64,000 bases of DNA from Bacteroidales bacterium (GTDB lineage Bacteria; Bacteroidota; Bacteroidia; Bacteroidales; UBA7960), in the NCBI GenBank assembly GCA_007118495.1, contig SKRM01000032.1:34223-98222 (forward strand), given 5' to 3'. The position numbers were made by a program, and so were the translations under genes. The notes beneath the pieces were generated by a model, which did not search any database, was not told the DNA's origin, and was given only the letters and a program-made list of their open reading frames with translations. Below, piece after piece: positions 41,284 through 51,279 of the stretch (positions are counted from its first letter, which is position 1; the number at the start of each line of letters is the position of its first letter).

Positions 41284-43164
41284 TTAATTCAGCACATCGC
41301 CTCGTAATTCACGGAACCGGACACGCGATGTGATTGTGAAAAGGCTGCCCGGGTAGTCAAGCATCAGTTGCTGGTACAATGACATGGCTTTATCTTGTTG
41401 GTCAAAATGGTGGTGGTACAGCTCAGCCCTACGAAAAAGGGCCTCATCTGCGAGAATCCCGTCAGGGTAATCCGCAACAATTTGTGCCAGCAAACTATCG
41501 GCAGCAGAGAATTTACCTGATTTCTGCATGATCTCTGCCTTGGCCATCAAAACATCATCATTGATCTGGTGATTTGGAAAACGAGTGGCAATCTGATCAA
41601 GAATACGAAGGGCATCATCAAATCGGTTCATGAATATTTGTCTCTCTGCCAGTGAAAATTTTTCGAGGGGTTCTGTTAACCCATCAGGTCCGATATTATC
41701 TTGAATTCTCAGCGACAACCTGATGGCATCGTTGGCAATCAAACGGGATGTGCCTGCCTTTAGTATATCAAGCTGTGCTTTGGCCCAGTCAAATTCACCG
41801 ATAAAATAAGACAAACGTGCATTCTTGAATTTGGCCTCATGGGCCAGTGGGTCGTCTCTGAACATCCGGTCAACCTGGGCATAAAGTAATTTTGCATCCC
41901 AAACTTCTCCTGTCAGAACCAAAATATCAGCAAGTTCTACACGGCATTCAGCCTTGACCCTGTCAGAAACATTGGGAATATCCAAAACCGATTCCAGTAA
42001 GCTAACCGCATCTTCAACCTTATCAAGGTAAAATGCCTGCATATTAGCCAGGTTTCGCACAAGTTGTACGGTTGCTGCAGACAGTCCGAGTTTCTCAATG
42101 GCCTGTCTGTATTCATTCTCAATACTTAAAAGCTCCCCTCTGGTATATTGATATTCACTTGTCACAGACAAGAAGCGAACATGCAGGTAACCGACCAGGG
42201 CATCCATATAATAGGGGCCTTCTTCGCCACGGCCAAGAAGGTATTGGTACGACTCTGAAGCCACCCGGTAAGCACCGTTTGCAGCACTCAAACGTGCCAC
42301 CTCCATAACGAGCTCACCATCTTGCTGAAGCCTCCGGTCAAGTGCTCTGGCCTGCATAAATGCCATTCTGAAATCCTGCTGCTGAAATGAAAGCCAGAGC
42401 AGCATTTCGGCAAAAAGGATATTACCCGGGTCATTTTGGGTGCGAGATAGCAATTCATGACGCAATGCATCGTTGCGCTTAAATCCGGGGTCATTGATAA
42501 TGGCTTCTTGCAATATGCCCCGCACACGATCCATATCATCCCTGTTTTTTACCATGTAGTCAAGATACTCACCCATCATCGACCTGTGGTTTCCGGTTTT
42601 GTCGTAGAGCGATGCAATGTGCAGATGCAGGGGGTAACGTTCACCCATCAATTCTCTTCCACGGTAAAATGTTTCAAGGGCACGGTCAAAAAACCCTCTG
42701 AATTCAAAAGCTGCAGCCAGATCGACTACCTGATTGTAATTTGCTTTCAGCCCGCCGATCAACCCATCAAACTGTCTTCTCTCTTGCCTGCTGTTACCAG
42801 CCCTGTGATGAACCCAACCCAGGTCAACCTCATACCTGATTTCACCGGGATGTTCATTGATCTGGCTGCGAACAACGCGTTCGGCCCTTCTAAACTCACC
42901 AAGGGCAAAAAGACTCTCAAGGTAGTTGTTGTAAATTACGGCTGAGGGTCTCTCAACGAACAAAACTTCATACAGTGCCAGGGCCTTTTCAAAGTCACCT
43001 TCTCTGAAGTATTGGGCTGCCAGCAGTTCGTCTGTGTTTCCAGCCTGTGCAAAGGACATTGTCGTTGTCAGGCAAAAGATCGCCAGTACCAGGATATGGA
43101 AAGCCAGAATTTTCATAAGTCCCCTGCTATGTTTCATGGGTGAATTTTTCAATATTCTATTCAA
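41284..43164 (-). CDS. tetratricopeptide-repeat protein (secreted)
   Basis: 626 aa with a signal peptide and many TPR-like helical repeats. Overlaps the serS stop by 8 nt. Confidence 0.65.
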   Translation of the reverse strand: MNRILKNSPMKHSRGLMKILAFHILVLAIFCLTTTMSFAQAGNTDELLAAQYFREGDFEKALALYEVLFVERPSAVIYNNYLESLFALGEFRRAERVVRSQINEHPGEIRYEVDLGWVHHRAGNSRQERRQFDGLIGGLKANYNQVVDLAAAFEFRGFFDRALETFYRGRELMGERYPLHLHIASLYDKTGNHRSMMGEYLDYMVKNRDDMDRVRGILQEAIINDPGFKRNDALRHELLSRTQNDPGNILFAEMLLWLSFQQQDFRMAFMQARALDRRLQQDGELVMEVARLSAANGAYRVASESYQYLLGRGEEGPYYMDALVGYLHVRFLSVTSEYQYTRGELLSIENEYRQAIEKLGLSAATVQLVRNLANMQAFYLDKVEDAVSLLESVLDIPNVSDRVKAECRVELADILVLTGEVWDAKLLYAQVDRMFRDDPLAHEAKFKNARLSYFIGEFDWAKAQLDILKAGTSRLIANDAIRLSLRIQDNIGPDGLTEPLEKFSLAERQIFMNRFDDALRILDQIATRFPNHQINDDVLMAKAEIMQKSGKFSAADSLLAQIVADYPDGILADEALFRRAELYHHHFDQQDKAMSLYQQLMLDYPGSLFTITSRVRFRELRGDVLN

Positions 43165-44428
43165 TCAGATCAAAGCCCGTATAAGGCCTTAATACGGCGG
43201 GGACATTGACTCCCAAAGGCTGCTGGTTGTTTTCAAGCAAGGCAGCCATAATACGTGGCAATGCCAACGCACTCCCGTTTAGTGTATGTGCAAACACATT
43301 CTTACCCGTGCTTGTTTTGTACCTCAGCTTCATCCGCTGAGACTGGAACGTCTCGAAATTGGATATGGAACTTACCTCTAACCAACGTTTTTGTGCAGCT
43401 GAAAAAACCTCCATATCATAGGTCAGCGCAGAGGCAAAACCCAGATCACCACCACACAAGCGGGTAATCCTGTATGGGAGCTCCAACTTCTGAAGCAAGC
43501 CAGAAACATGGGCTACCATATCATCCAGCGCCTGATAACTTTTTTCGGGATTTGTCACCTGTACAATTTCAACTTTATCAAACTGATGCAGGCGGTTCAG
43601 TCCTCTTACATCCTTGCCATATGATCCTGCCTCTCTGCGAAAACAGACAGAGTAAGCCGTGTACTTAACAGGCAGTTCATCTTCACCTAAAATACTGTCA
43701 CGCAATATATTGGTTACCGGAACTTCTGATGTTGGAATCAGGTAAAGCTTATCTGCCCCCACATAGTACATCTGACCGTCCTTATCAGGTAGTTGACCGG
43801 TGCCATAGGCCGAGGCCTCATTCACGAGCAAAGGCGGCTGAACTTCTTTATAACCAGCCTGAACTGCCTGATCAAGAAAGAATGAGATCAGAGCCCGCTG
43901 CAGCCTGGCCCCCTTGCCCATATATACCGGAAAGCCTGATCCGGTTATTTTGGTACCAGCTTCAAAGTCAATCAGATCAAATTTTCTGGCCAATTCCCAA
44001 TGAGGCAGTGCATTATCGTCCGACTCAGGTACGATGCCTTCTTCAAAGACGATAAGATTATCTGCTTCTGAATTGCCGGCGGGAACACTTTTATGGGGCA
44101 GATTCGGAAGTTGGGTAATCAGTGTATCAACCTCCTGTGCAGAAACTTCAAGTTGTTCCTGCAACTGTTTGGCCTGTTTTTTTAACGTGGCCGATTGTTC
44201 TTTGAGTTCTGCGGCCTCAGCTCCACGACCCGACTTGAAAAGCTCTCCGATCTTTCTGGCCAGCTCATTACCCTCGGCCAGGGTGTCATCCAGTTCTTTC
44301 TGACTCTGACGCCTCAGCATATCGGCTTCTTTCAGTTTGTTAACAATATCTGCAGCGTCAAAATTTCTGATTTTCAGCCTTTGTATTACTTCGTCACTAT
44401 GGTCTCTGACAAGTTGAATATCGATCAT
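43157..44428 (-). CDS. serS: seryl-tRNA synthetase
   Basis: 423 aa with an N-terminal coiled-coil arm and class II motifs (FRREAGS, GSALA..R). Confidence 0.95.
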   Translation of the reverse strand: MIDIQLVRDHSDEVIQRLKIRNFDAADIVNKLKEADMLRRQSQKELDDTLAEGNELARKIGELFKSGRGAEAAELKEQSATLKKQAKQLQEQLEVSAQEVDTLITQLPNLPHKSVPAGNSEADNLIVFEEGIVPESDDNALPHWELARKFDLIDFEAGTKITGSGFPVYMGKGARLQRALISFFLDQAVQAGYKEVQPPLLVNEASAYGTGQLPDKDGQMYYVGADKLYLIPTSEVPVTNILRDSILGEDELPVKYTAYSVCFRREAGSYGKDVRGLNRLHQFDKVEIVQVTNPEKSYQALDDMVAHVSGLLQKLELPYRITRLCGGDLGFASALTYDMEVFSAAQKRWLEVSSISNFETFQSQRMKLRYKTSTGKNVFAHTLNGSALALPRIMAALLENNQQPLGVNVPAVLRPYTGFDLIE

Positions 44429-44477
44429 TGTTTCAAGATTAGGTATTCACGCGGGCAGGAACTGAACCCGCCATTTT

Positions 44478-44485
44478 CAAAATTA
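44478..44485 (-). promoter_or_regulatory. candidate -7 promoter box (TAATTTTG on minus strand) for serS
   Basis: Matches TAnnTTTG, 49 nt upstream of the serS ATG and just downstream of the rpmA terminator. Confidence 0.35.
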
Positions 44486-44501
44486 CTAAGAAATATGTCA
44501 T

Positions 44502-44528
44502 AAAAAAAAATCCTGCCGCGGCAGGATT
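44502..44528 (-). terminator. rho-independent terminator of the rplU-rpmA operon
   Basis: Palindromic ATCCTGCCGCGGCAGGAT, followed on the minus strand by T9. Lies 60 nt downstream of the rpmA stop. Confidence 0.85.
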
Positions 44529-44586
44529 GAGGAAAATATATCGGATTGTTGTATCCGGTTAAAGTGCCGGAATGGTCTCTGGGTTG

Positions 44587-44946
44587 TTACTCAGCTTTCT
44601 CTTCCTGAGCCGGAGCTTCGGGAGTTGGTTCAACAACATTAGTCTCAGCTTTTTTAACAACAGGACTGGGTTCCGCTACTTTTACTTCTTCAACTACCGG
44701 TTCTATTGATACATACGATTTGTTGCCGGCACGTTTCTTGAAAACAACCTTGCCGTCGGTCAGGGCATACAGGGTATGGTCTTTGCCCATTCCCATATTC
44801 AGACCGGGATAGTGCTGTGTACCACGCTGCCTGACAATAATATTGCCGGCAATGGCCATTGACCCACCGAAAATTTTGACGCCAAGTCGCTTGCTATGCG
44901 ATTCGCGTCCATTCCTTGAACTACCAACTCCTTTCTTATGTGCCAT
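44587..44946 (-). CDS. rpmA: 50S ribosomal protein L27 with acidic/Pro-rich C-terminal extension
   Basis: [24 protein letters not shown]...; ~85-aa core plus a ~34-aa tail [35 protein letters not shown]. Confidence 0.93.
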   Translation of the reverse strand: MAHKKGVGSSRNGRESHSKRLGVKIFGGSMAIAGNIIVRQRGTQHYPGLNMGMGKDHTLYALTDGKVVFKKRAGNKSYVSIEPVVEEVKVAEPSPVVKKAETNVVEPTPEAPAQEEKAE

Positions 44947-44975
44947 AATAATCAGTTTTTTCTGTTACCAAATTT

Positions 44976-45287
44976 TTAAGCGGTGATTTCTTCTATCTGG
45001 ATTCGGGTCATGGGCTGCCTGTGTCCGTTCATCTTCTGGTAACCTTTCCTTCTCTTTTTCTTAAAGACAAGCACTTTATCAGCTTTTACATGCTCAATTA
45101 CCTTGGCCTTTACCAATGCGCCCTCTACAACCGGTGCTCCAACCTGAATCTTTTCACCGTCAGCCACCAGCAGCACCCTGTCAAACGCCAGTTCGCTGCC
45201 CGCCTCGTTTTCCAGCAGGTTCACAAATAGCATCTGATCTTTCTGGATTTTAAACTGCTGGCCACCTATTTCAACTATTGCGTACAT
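44976..45287 (-). CDS. rplU: 50S ribosomal protein L21
   Basis: [18 protein letters not shown].... The start is taken at the internal ATG; the ORF-track start at 45380 was rejected. Confidence 0.9.
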   Translation of the reverse strand: MYAIVEIGGQQFKIQKDQMLFVNLLENEAGSELAFDRVLLVADGEKIQVGAPVVEGALVKAKVIEHVKADKVLVFKKKRRKGYQKMNGHRQPMTRIQIEEITA

Positions 45288-45328
45288 TTCAAGTGGGGGA
45301 TTAAATGATTTACTCTGATATCGGGGTG

Positions 45329-45336
45329 CAAAGATA
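45329..45336 (-). promoter_or_regulatory. candidate -7 promoter box (TATCTTTG on minus strand) for rplU-rpmA
   Basis: Matches TAnnTTTG, 41 nt upstream of the rplU ATG. Confidence 0.4.
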
Positions 45337-45396
45337 AATAAAAAAAAACAAGGAGCAAGGCCTTTGTGAAATATTTTCAAGACATTATCTGATACA

Positions 45397-46299
45397 TCAG
45401 GCTGCTTTCGTATTGGCTTTTCGCTTGTTAGCCAGGTAAACCCCTGTCAGGACCAGTCCAATCCAAAAAAGGTATACCAGAAGAAATTTTTCACCGTCAG
45501 CAATGCCCCACAAAATGGAAATTACAGGCATCAAATAGGTGACAGTTGAGGTAAACAAAGCTGACGTACGTTTAATCAGCCAATTATGCATCACCATGGC
45601 AATAGCCGTCCCTACTACTGCCAAAACCACGATGTAGGCAAAACTTTCCCACCCCCTGGGGTCTGATCTGAGTACTTCTGTAACATCCGTACCGGCAAAC
45701 ACATACACCAGTGAAGGTACACCTATAAAAAAGAAAGCCACTGAGGCAATGGTCATGGCATTGAAATCTGACAGGTAGTTCTTGATCAGATTCATATTGA
45801 TGGCATAGCAAATCGCTGCAAATATGACATACAGTCCATACCACGCATTTCCATAGCCACCCCCGTTAGACACTGTAAGCAGACCAATCGCGCCTCCCAA
45901 TCCGACAAGTACACCAAACACATTAAACCACCGGGTTCTGATACCGAAAAAAAGTACACCAAGCAGCAAGGTAAACAAAGGTGTCAGTGAGTTGAGCACT
46001 CCCGCCAGATAACTGTCAATTACCGTCTGGGCCTTGGCAAACAGAAACGGAGGCAGGCCGTTACCAATGATTCCCGACAGAAGGAAAAAAACCAGTTTAT
46101 TCACGGGAATCTTTCTCAGGCTTGTGATTACCCAGGGAGACAATACCAAAAATGAAATGGCAATACGCAACGCCCCGACCTCTGAGCTGCTAAAAGAAAC
46201 AAGGCTTTTTTTAATGAGGATAAATGAGCTGCCCCAGACCAGCACCAGGATTACCAGGGCTATCCAGTCAGGAGTTTTTGGTTGACTGTTACCTGCCAT
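45397..46299 (-). CDS. EamA/DMT-family transporter
   Basis: About 10 TM helices with two EamA-like halves. The start is taken at MAGNSQPK (ATG); the ORF-track start at 46347 is a TTG. Confidence 0.75.
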   Translation of the reverse strand: MAGNSQPKTPDWIALVILVLVWGSSFILIKKSLVSFSSSEVGALRIAISFLVLSPWVITSLRKIPVNKLVFFLLSGIIGNGLPPFLFAKAQTVIDSYLAGVLNSLTPLFTLLLGVLFFGIRTRWFNVFGVLVGLGGAIGLLTVSNGGGYGNAWYGLYVIFAAICYAINMNLIKNYLSDFNAMTIASVAFFFIGVPSLVYVFAGTDVTEVLRSDPRGWESFAYIVVLAVVGTAIAMVMHNWLIKRTSALFTSTVTYLMPVISILWGIADGEKFLLVYLFWIGLVLTGVYLANKRKANTKAA

Positions 46300-46344
46300 A
46301 ATTTTAGGGATGAAGTTAAGTGGCACCTGGTTTAACTGCCGGGG

Positions 46345-46352
46345 CAAATGTA
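46345..46352 (-). promoter_or_regulatory. candidate -7 promoter box (TACATTTG on minus strand) for the EamA gene
   Basis: Matches TAnnTTTG, 46 nt upstream of the ATG at 46299. Confidence 0.35.
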
Positions 46353-46404
46353 ATTGATTTTTTTTTCATGAGTCAATGTAGATTTACGCCTCAAAATATT
46401 CGTG

Positions 46405-46412
46405 TATATTTG
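46405..46412 (+). promoter_or_regulatory. candidate -7 promoter box (TATATTTG) for the M28 peptidase gene
   Basis: Matches TAnnTTTG, 62 nt upstream of the ATG at 46474. Confidence 0.35.
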
Positions 46413-46473
46413 TCATATTGACGGCTTTAAATGATTGCTTATGTATCAAATTGTCTGACCAAATGCAAGCCAT

Positions 46474-48891
46474 ATGTCACCAAAGCAAAAGCATCTGTTT
46501 GGGGCTGTTTTAACAGCCGCCACCATTGTCCTGATACTGGTTTTCAATTTCAGGTTAAACACACCACCTGAGGTGGTTGAATCCAATGCCCCCGACTCAC
46601 TGTTTTCAGCTGATCGGGCCGCATGGCACCTTCAGCAAATAGCGTCTGAACGAAATTTCATAGGCAGCCCGGCCAATGAGCGCGTGAGGGAATACATAGC
46701 TGACCAGTTGAGGTTTCTGGGTCTTGAGCCTGATATCCAGCACCTTGAATACTATGAGCCCCGTTTGCAGCGCGCAGCCATGCTCGGCAATGTGCTGGCC
46801 AGAATTCCGGGATCAGGTAATGGTAAAGCCATTATGTTCATAGGACACTATGACACGGTCATTGATGCCTATGGGGCCAGCGACAATGGAGCTGCGGTGG
46901 TTGCCATGCTCGAGTTGGCCAGGGCAATACAATACTATCCTGCACTTGAACATGACCTGATTTTGTTTTTTTCGGATGGAGAAGAAGTGGGCTTACTGGG
47001 GGCCCAAGCCTTTCTGGAAAGTCATCCATGGGCCGCAGATGTGGCTGTAGTCATTAACCTTGAAGCCAGGGGTACTTCAGGCCAGAGTTTCATGTTTGAG
47101 ACTGGAGATAATAATCTGGAAATGATCCGGGCTTTTGCCAAAGCTGTCCCCCACCCCATAGCAAGCTCACTGAGTTATGAAATCTACAGCCGCATGCCCA
47201 ACGATACCGATTTCAGTCCATTCAGGCAAAGGGGTTACCAGGGATTGAACTTTGCATTCATAGATAATGGATTTGATTATCATACGGGAGGAGACAACAT
47301 AGAAAACACTGACCTCAGGTCAATCCAACATCATGGCTCCTATGCACTGGCCCTGGCACTTTACCTGGGCAACCATGACCTGAATCTGCAATCTGATCAG
47401 GATGCTGTTTATTTCAACACCATTGGATCTGGATTTGCCCATTACCCATACAGTCGTGTTCCAGCCCTGACCATTTTAAGTATTCTGATGTGTATTCTTG
47501 CTGTCACATATGGTTTTTACAGGGGCAAAATCCACCCCTTAAAGTTACTGTACGGCCTATTGGCTTTTAGCATTTACCTTGCATTGCTGTATGTCATTTT
47601 TGACAGCCTTCATGCGTTCATTGCCAGTTTCTACAGGGGCAGCGACTACCGTCTGCTGGAATATCACCATAAAGGAATTCTGCTTGGGGTGTCTCTACTG
47701 GCGGCTGCTTTTACCCTGGGATATTTCCGCATGTTGTTGTGCGGAACCAGAGTATGGCAATTGGTTGTTTATTTCGGAATATGCTTTGCGCTTCTTTGGC
47801 TTACATCATCTATGACCTGGTGGAAGCTGGCGGCGGGCATTGCACTGGCTGCATGGCTATATTTTGCCCACAAGAGAGGAAGTACAGTCTGGAACCTGTC
47901 GTCGGGAGCATTGGTGTTTTGGGCAGTGCTGACCGCTTATGTCAGCTTTACCATAAAAGGGGGCAGTTACCTGTTTACATGGCCCTTTATCTTCAGCATT
48001 GTACCACTAATTATAGGATTTGCATTGAAACGCGGCAGAGATATTGGGTTTAAATCGGGACTGACTTTTATGGTATTCTCCATTCCGGTACTTCTCTGGT
48101 TTTCAATGATATTTTACCTTTTTCAAGTAGCCATGGGTCTTTCCCAGCTGGGAGTCAGCATGTTCATCCCGGGCCTGATGGCCGGATTGCTGATTCCCCA
48201 TATCCATGTAATGAGCAGAATCAGGCCATGGATATTGGCAGGAGTTTTTCTGCTGGCCGGATTGGTAGTACTGCTTCTAAACACCACGGGTCTGGAGTAT
48301 GACCAGCGTTACCGGAAATCAAACAATATAATTTTTGCTTCCCACCAGATGTCTGGCCAAACATACTGGATCAGCCTTGACGACCATATTGATGATTGGA
48401 CCGTCCAATTTCTTACATCCAACCCTGACACTATTGAAATGGGTACATTTTTCCCATTGGGTTCAGACAAGGTTCTGGCTTCACCCACCCACTGGCCCAG
48501 CATGCCATTACCTGAAGCCAGGGTCATTTCAGATACAGTCATTGATGGAGAACGAAAGCTGACAGTGAATTTCACACCCAACAGACCCGTAACACGTATG
48601 GCCTTTCACATTGATACAGAAAACGAAGCCCTTGATATCAGAACCGGTCACCTTGGGCGCTATCCATTGAGTAACTTCAGGCAAAGTCGCTGGAAGTTAT
48701 ACACCTATTTCGCTCCACCAGATGAAGGTGTGATGATAACATTTTATACCAAGCCTGAACATGAAATAGCCATCCACCTCAACACCCATGATGATACTGG
48801 CATTCCCCCATTTCCGGGATACAGAGAACGACCATCGTTCATGATGTCCAGAGGCGATCAATCTGTTGTCAGTAGTATTTTTCTGTTTTGA
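46474..48891 (+). CDS. M28-family metallopeptidase fused to a polytopic membrane domain
   Basis: 805 aa. IMFIGHYDTV, SDNGAAVVAMLELAR, FSDGEEVGLLGAQAF, then about 9 hydrophobic helices and a C-terminal soluble domain. Confidence 0.8.
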   Translation: MSPKQKHLFGAVLTAATIVLILVFNFRLNTPPEVVESNAPDSLFSADRAAWHLQQIASERNFIGSPANERVREYIADQLRFLGLEPDIQHLEYYEPRLQRAAMLGNVLARIPGSGNGKAIMFIGHYDTVIDAYGASDNGAAVVAMLELARAIQYYPALEHDLILFFSDGEEVGLLGAQAFLESHPWAADVAVVINLEARGTSGQSFMFETGDNNLEMIRAFAKAVPHPIASSLSYEIYSRMPNDTDFSPFRQRGYQGLNFAFIDNGFDYHTGGDNIENTDLRSIQHHGSYALALALYLGNHDLNLQSDQDAVYFNTIGSGFAHYPYSRVPALTILSILMCILAVTYGFYRGKIHPLKLLYGLLAFSIYLALLYVIFDSLHAFIASFYRGSDYRLLEYHHKGILLGVSLLAAAFTLGYFRMLLCGTRVWQLVVYFGICFALLWLTSSMTWWKLAAGIALAAWLYFAHKRGSTVWNLSSGALVFWAVLTAYVSFTIKGGSYLFTWPFIFSIVPLIIGFALKRGRDIGFKSGLTFMVFSIPVLLWFSMIFYLFQVAMGLSQLGVSMFIPGLMAGLLIPHIHVMSRIRPWILAGVFLLAGLVVLLLNTTGLEYDQRYRKSNNIIFASHQMSGQTYWISLDDHIDDWTVQFLTSNPDTIEMGTFFPLGSDKVLASPTHWPSMPLPEARVISDTVIDGERKLTVNFTPNRPVTRMAFHIDTENEALDIRTGHLGRYPLSNFRQSRWKLYTYFAPPDEGVMITFYTKPEHEIAIHLNTHDDTGIPPFPGYRERPSFMMSRGDQSVVSSIFLF

Positions 48892-48912
48892 TTTCGTTCA
48901 TTGTTCTGAAAT

Positions 48913-51270
48913 ATGACACCTGAAATTCTTCTGATTTTCGCCATATTGGGAATTTCTCTGCTGCTGTTTTTTACGGGTTGGGTACGTATGGACATTGTTG
49001 CCCTGCTGGTCATTGGCACCCTTGCTTCGACGGGTTTGATCACACCCTATGAAGCCCTGGCGGGATTCAGCAATCCGGCCGTAGTTACTGTCTGGGCCAT
49101 GTTTATTCTCAGCGCAGCCCTTTACCAGACAGGCATAGCCAGAATTATTGGCCGGCATATGCTCCGCCTTGCCGGGCATAATGAGATCAGGCTGATCGTC
49201 ATGATCATGCTATCATCGGGGTTTATGTCAGCTTTCATGAATAACATCGGAGTTGCTGCCCTGATGTTGCCTGTGGTTATGGACCTGGCCAGATCAAGCC
49301 AGAAACCTCCTTCAAGATTACTTATGCCTCTGGCTTATGGGTGTCTGCTAGGTGGTATGACTACACTGATCGGAACCCCACCCAACTTGTTGATCAGTTA
49401 TGCATTGGAAGAAAACGGACTGCGGCCTTTTGGATTGTTTGACTACACTCCCCTTGGTCTCGGTGCCCTGCTGGGGGGAACATTGTTCATTGCTTTGATT
49501 GGCAGACTTTTTCTTTCTAAACGAGATGTAATAAGCGAAACCAGCCAACAATCTGCAAAGGCTCTTACTGCCTCATACTCTCTTCAGGAAAGGGCTTTTC
49601 TGCTATCTGTAAAACCAACATCCCAGATGGTAGGCAAAACCCTTGCAGAAAGCAGGCTGAGGGCAGGGCTGGGGCTGAACGTGCTTTCAATCATCAGAGA
49701 AGGCGGTAACGTTCTTGATCCGGGCCCGCAAACCAGGATTTTGGCCGGAGATAAGCTACATGTACAGGGAAGGGTCGAATCACTGAAGACCATGAAGAAG
49801 TGGAGGGTATTGCTCCCTGAACAATCAGATATAAGCATAAGCGATATATTGAAAACTGAATTGTTTCTATTTGAAGCAATTATACCCGAGGGATCTCCAT
49901 TGACCGGCCGATGGCTCAGAGATACCGATTTTCGTAAAAGACTGGGTATAAATGTACTTGCCCTTGAAAGGGATGGCCAGATTCAACGTTCAACATTGCA
50001 TGAAATAATGCTACAGGCAGGAGACACCCTTTTGCTTCAGGGAACAGGAGAACGCCTGGATATTCTCGGGCAAGAGGGAGCAATCAAAGACATCAGGGAA
50101 CTATCACCCAATGACCTGACCGAAAGATACAGGCTGCAAGAGGTGCTTTTTATGATGGAAGTTCGGGGTGATGCCGGGCTATTTGAACGTGCCATTACAG
50201 AAAGCCAGATTGGCAGTGCCTTCGGGTTGACAGTTCTCGGAATATTCGGTGAAGAAGATAGGATGCATGCTTATATTCCGGGAACCAAATTCAAAGAAAA
50301 TGACCGTTTGCTCGTAAAAGGCAACATCAGAGACCTGCCCTTGCTACGAGGTCTTAAAGATCTTGAACTACTTGAGGAGGATGTGCCAACAATCCATTCA
50401 TTGGAATCTGAAGACGTTCAAATGGCCGAAGTGGTGCTGGCACCCAGATCGCTTTTGGCAGGAAAAACATTAAAAGACATTAATTTCAGAAATAAATATG
50501 GGCTGACAGTACTCGCCATATGGCGTGAAGGTCGGGCGTACAGGACTAACCTGCACAACCTTCCGCTGCGTTTTGGCGAAGCCTTGCTTCTTTATGGCCG
50601 GAAAGATAAGCTGGAACTTATCGGAAGTGAACCTGACTTCATCCTGCTCACAGAAATGAGCAAGTCACCACTGCGCACCGGAAAAGCCCTTATCTCTGCC
50701 CTTATCATGGCCGGCATACTCATACCTGTGCTGCTGGGATTTATTCCCCTGGCCATTGCTGCACTCATAGGAATTGCCCTGATGGTGTTAACTGGTTGCC
50801 TTAGAATGGAAGAGGCTTACCGTGCCATTGAATGGCGCGCAGTATTTCTGATTGCCGGAATGCTGCCACTGGGAGCAGCCATGCAAAACTCAGGAGCTGC
50901 CGCATACCTTGCCGGTGGCGTTGTAGAGATATTCGGGACCTTCGGTCCCTGGGGTATTATTATAGGCTTATATCTGCTCACTGCCATGTCAACCCTGGCC
51001 ATCCCACCTCCTGCCCTTGTGGTGATCATGTCACCTATTGCAATAGAAGCTGCCGCGACTTTTGATATTTCTCCGCACAGCCTGATGATGGCCATCGCCA
51101 TGGCTGCGGCTGCCTGCTTTATGAGTCCTGTTTCTCACCCTGCCAATTTACTGGTTATGGGGCCGGGAGGATACAAGTTCAGTGACTATATTAAGCTTGG
51201 CCTTCCGCTAACCCTTGTGGTAATGGTTATAGTCTTGCTGCTCTTGCCCATATTCTGGCCATTTCAGTAA
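48913..51270 (+). CDS. SLC13/DASS-type anion permease with four central RCK_C (TrkA-C) domains, copy 1
   Basis: 785 aa. The transmembrane halves (SAFMNNIGVAALMLPV, SPVSHPANLLV) flank four ...G..L.....R...G..VL.I.R.G...........L..GD.L...G units. Confidence 0.8.
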   Translation: MTPEILLIFAILGISLLLFFTGWVRMDIVALLVIGTLASTGLITPYEALAGFSNPAVVTVWAMFILSAALYQTGIARIIGRHMLRLAGHNEIRLIVMIMLSSGFMSAFMNNIGVAALMLPVVMDLARSSQKPPSRLLMPLAYGCLLGGMTTLIGTPPNLLISYALEENGLRPFGLFDYTPLGLGALLGGTLFIALIGRLFLSKRDVISETSQQSAKALTASYSLQERAFLLSVKPTSQMVGKTLAESRLRAGLGLNVLSIIREGGNVLDPGPQTRILAGDKLHVQGRVESLKTMKKWRVLLPEQSDISISDILKTELFLFEAIIPEGSPLTGRWLRDTDFRKRLGINVLALERDGQIQRSTLHEIMLQAGDTLLLQGTGERLDILGQEGAIKDIRELSPNDLTERYRLQEVLFMMEVRGDAGLFERAITESQIGSAFGLTVLGIFGEEDRMHAYIPGTKFKENDRLLVKGNIRDLPLLRGLKDLELLEEDVPTIHSLESEDVQMAEVVLAPRSLLAGKTLKDINFRNKYGLTVLAIWREGRAYRTNLHNLPLRFGEALLLYGRKDKLELIGSEPDFILLTEMSKSPLRTGKALISALIMAGILIPVLLGFIPLAIAALIGIALMVLTGCLRMEEAYRAIEWRAVFLIAGMLPLGAAMQNSGAAAYLAGGVVEIFGTFGPWGIIIGLYLLTAMSTLAIPPPALVVIMSPIAIEAAATFDISPHSLMMAIAMAAAACFMSPVSHPANLLVMGPGGYKFSDYIKLGLPLTLVVMVIVLLLLPIFWPFQ

Positions 51271-51279
51271 CTTTGTGCC

